Assembly: GCF_006345805.1 (NCBI RefSeq)
Contig: NW_021828565.1
Coordinates: forward strand, 1-7,975
Direction of reading: 5' to 3'
Source: Octopus sinensis
Lineage: Eukaryota
DNA: 7,975 bases
The notes beneath the pieces were generated by a model. It was not told the origin of the DNA. It saw only the letters and a program-made list of their open reading frames with translations, and did no database searches. The translations under genes were made by a program, and so were the position numbers. This document shows, piece after piece, positions 7,482 through 7,975 of the stretch (position 1 is its first letter; the number at the start of each line of letters is the position of its first letter).

Positions 7482-7975
7482 CAGGGTTGGACAGAATAAC
7501 GGAAATACCTAGCATCATAGCTTCATATTTTGAAATATCTGTAAAACTGTCAAAATCTTGTTTATTTATTTTTATGTTTTTTTTTATTCATTATTAGTTT
7601 TAATATGTTTTGCTAAAATTGTTGTTTCTTTTCAGATATCATCAGAAAAAGTAATTAAAATTCATTAAAATGACAGATCTTTCGGACTTTCAAAGAAGTC
7701 AGATTGTTGGTGCTCGTATGACAGGTGCTAACAGCCAAAATGTTTCGTGTATCAAGAAGTACTGTCTCGAAAGTAATGACAGCCTTTGAGAAAGAAGGAA
7801 AATTCTCCTCGTCGAAACAAAACTCCGGAAGAAAACCAAAACTTTCATATAGGGACCGTCGTACACGTACGTGAATTGCTAGAAAGAATCACAAAAGTAC
7901 AGGTCCCAAAATTACTGCAGAACTTAATGACCATCACGAGAACTCAGTTTCCACAAAAACTGTTCGCCGGGCAAA
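7482..7975 (+). mobile_element. Tc1-family DNA transposon, left end (continues beyond the window)
   Basis: TA (7480-7481) followed by a Tc1-like terminus CAGGGTTGGACAGAATAACGGAAATACCT, then a transposase 5' remnant. The right TIR is not in the window. Confidence 0.85.
7670..7975 (+). pseudogene. Disrupted Tc1 transposase, N-terminal paired-like HTH DNA-binding region
   Basis: ATG at 7670 gives MTDLSDFQRSQIVGARMTGA. After a frameshift at about 7730 the frame from 7731 reads TAKMFRVSRSTVSKVMTAFEKEGKFSSSKQNSGRKPKLSYRDRRTRT*IARKNHKSTGPKITAELNDHHENSVSTKTVRRA. HTH pattern, GRPR-like GRKPK linker, in-frame TGA at 7872-7874. Confidence 0.9.

Noticed and set aside
7632-7647. Minus-strand CTGATGA-TATCT-GAAA minimal hammerhead
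   Set aside because: No stem I or III partners; it overlaps the Tc1 acceptor-like site and is probably coincidental.

Overview
AT-rich, microsatellite-dense eukaryotic non-coding DNA made almost entirely of transposable-element pieces. From recall only, the SINE families look like octopus (coleoid cephalopod) SINEs. I see no intact protein-coding gene. The ORF track is mostly microsatellite read-through, and the twin 78-aa ORFs come from a 229-bp tandem repeat. Supported content: a truncated SINE body (238-527, -); a tRNA-derived SINE preceded by a second head (3574-4023, +); a 990-bp pogo/Tigger-like TIR element with TA duplications (4156-5145) carrying a nested (AAT)n-flanked repeat whose 5' end is a 19-bp tandem array; five head-to-tail tRNA-SINE copies (5178-6260, -) bounded by one 7-bp direct repeat; and the left end of a decayed Tc1 transposon (7482 to window end). 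The SINE pentamer is the most interesting structure. Three hammerhead-ribozyme-like motifs are present, but all have broken cores and are speculative. I find no convincing new biological system.
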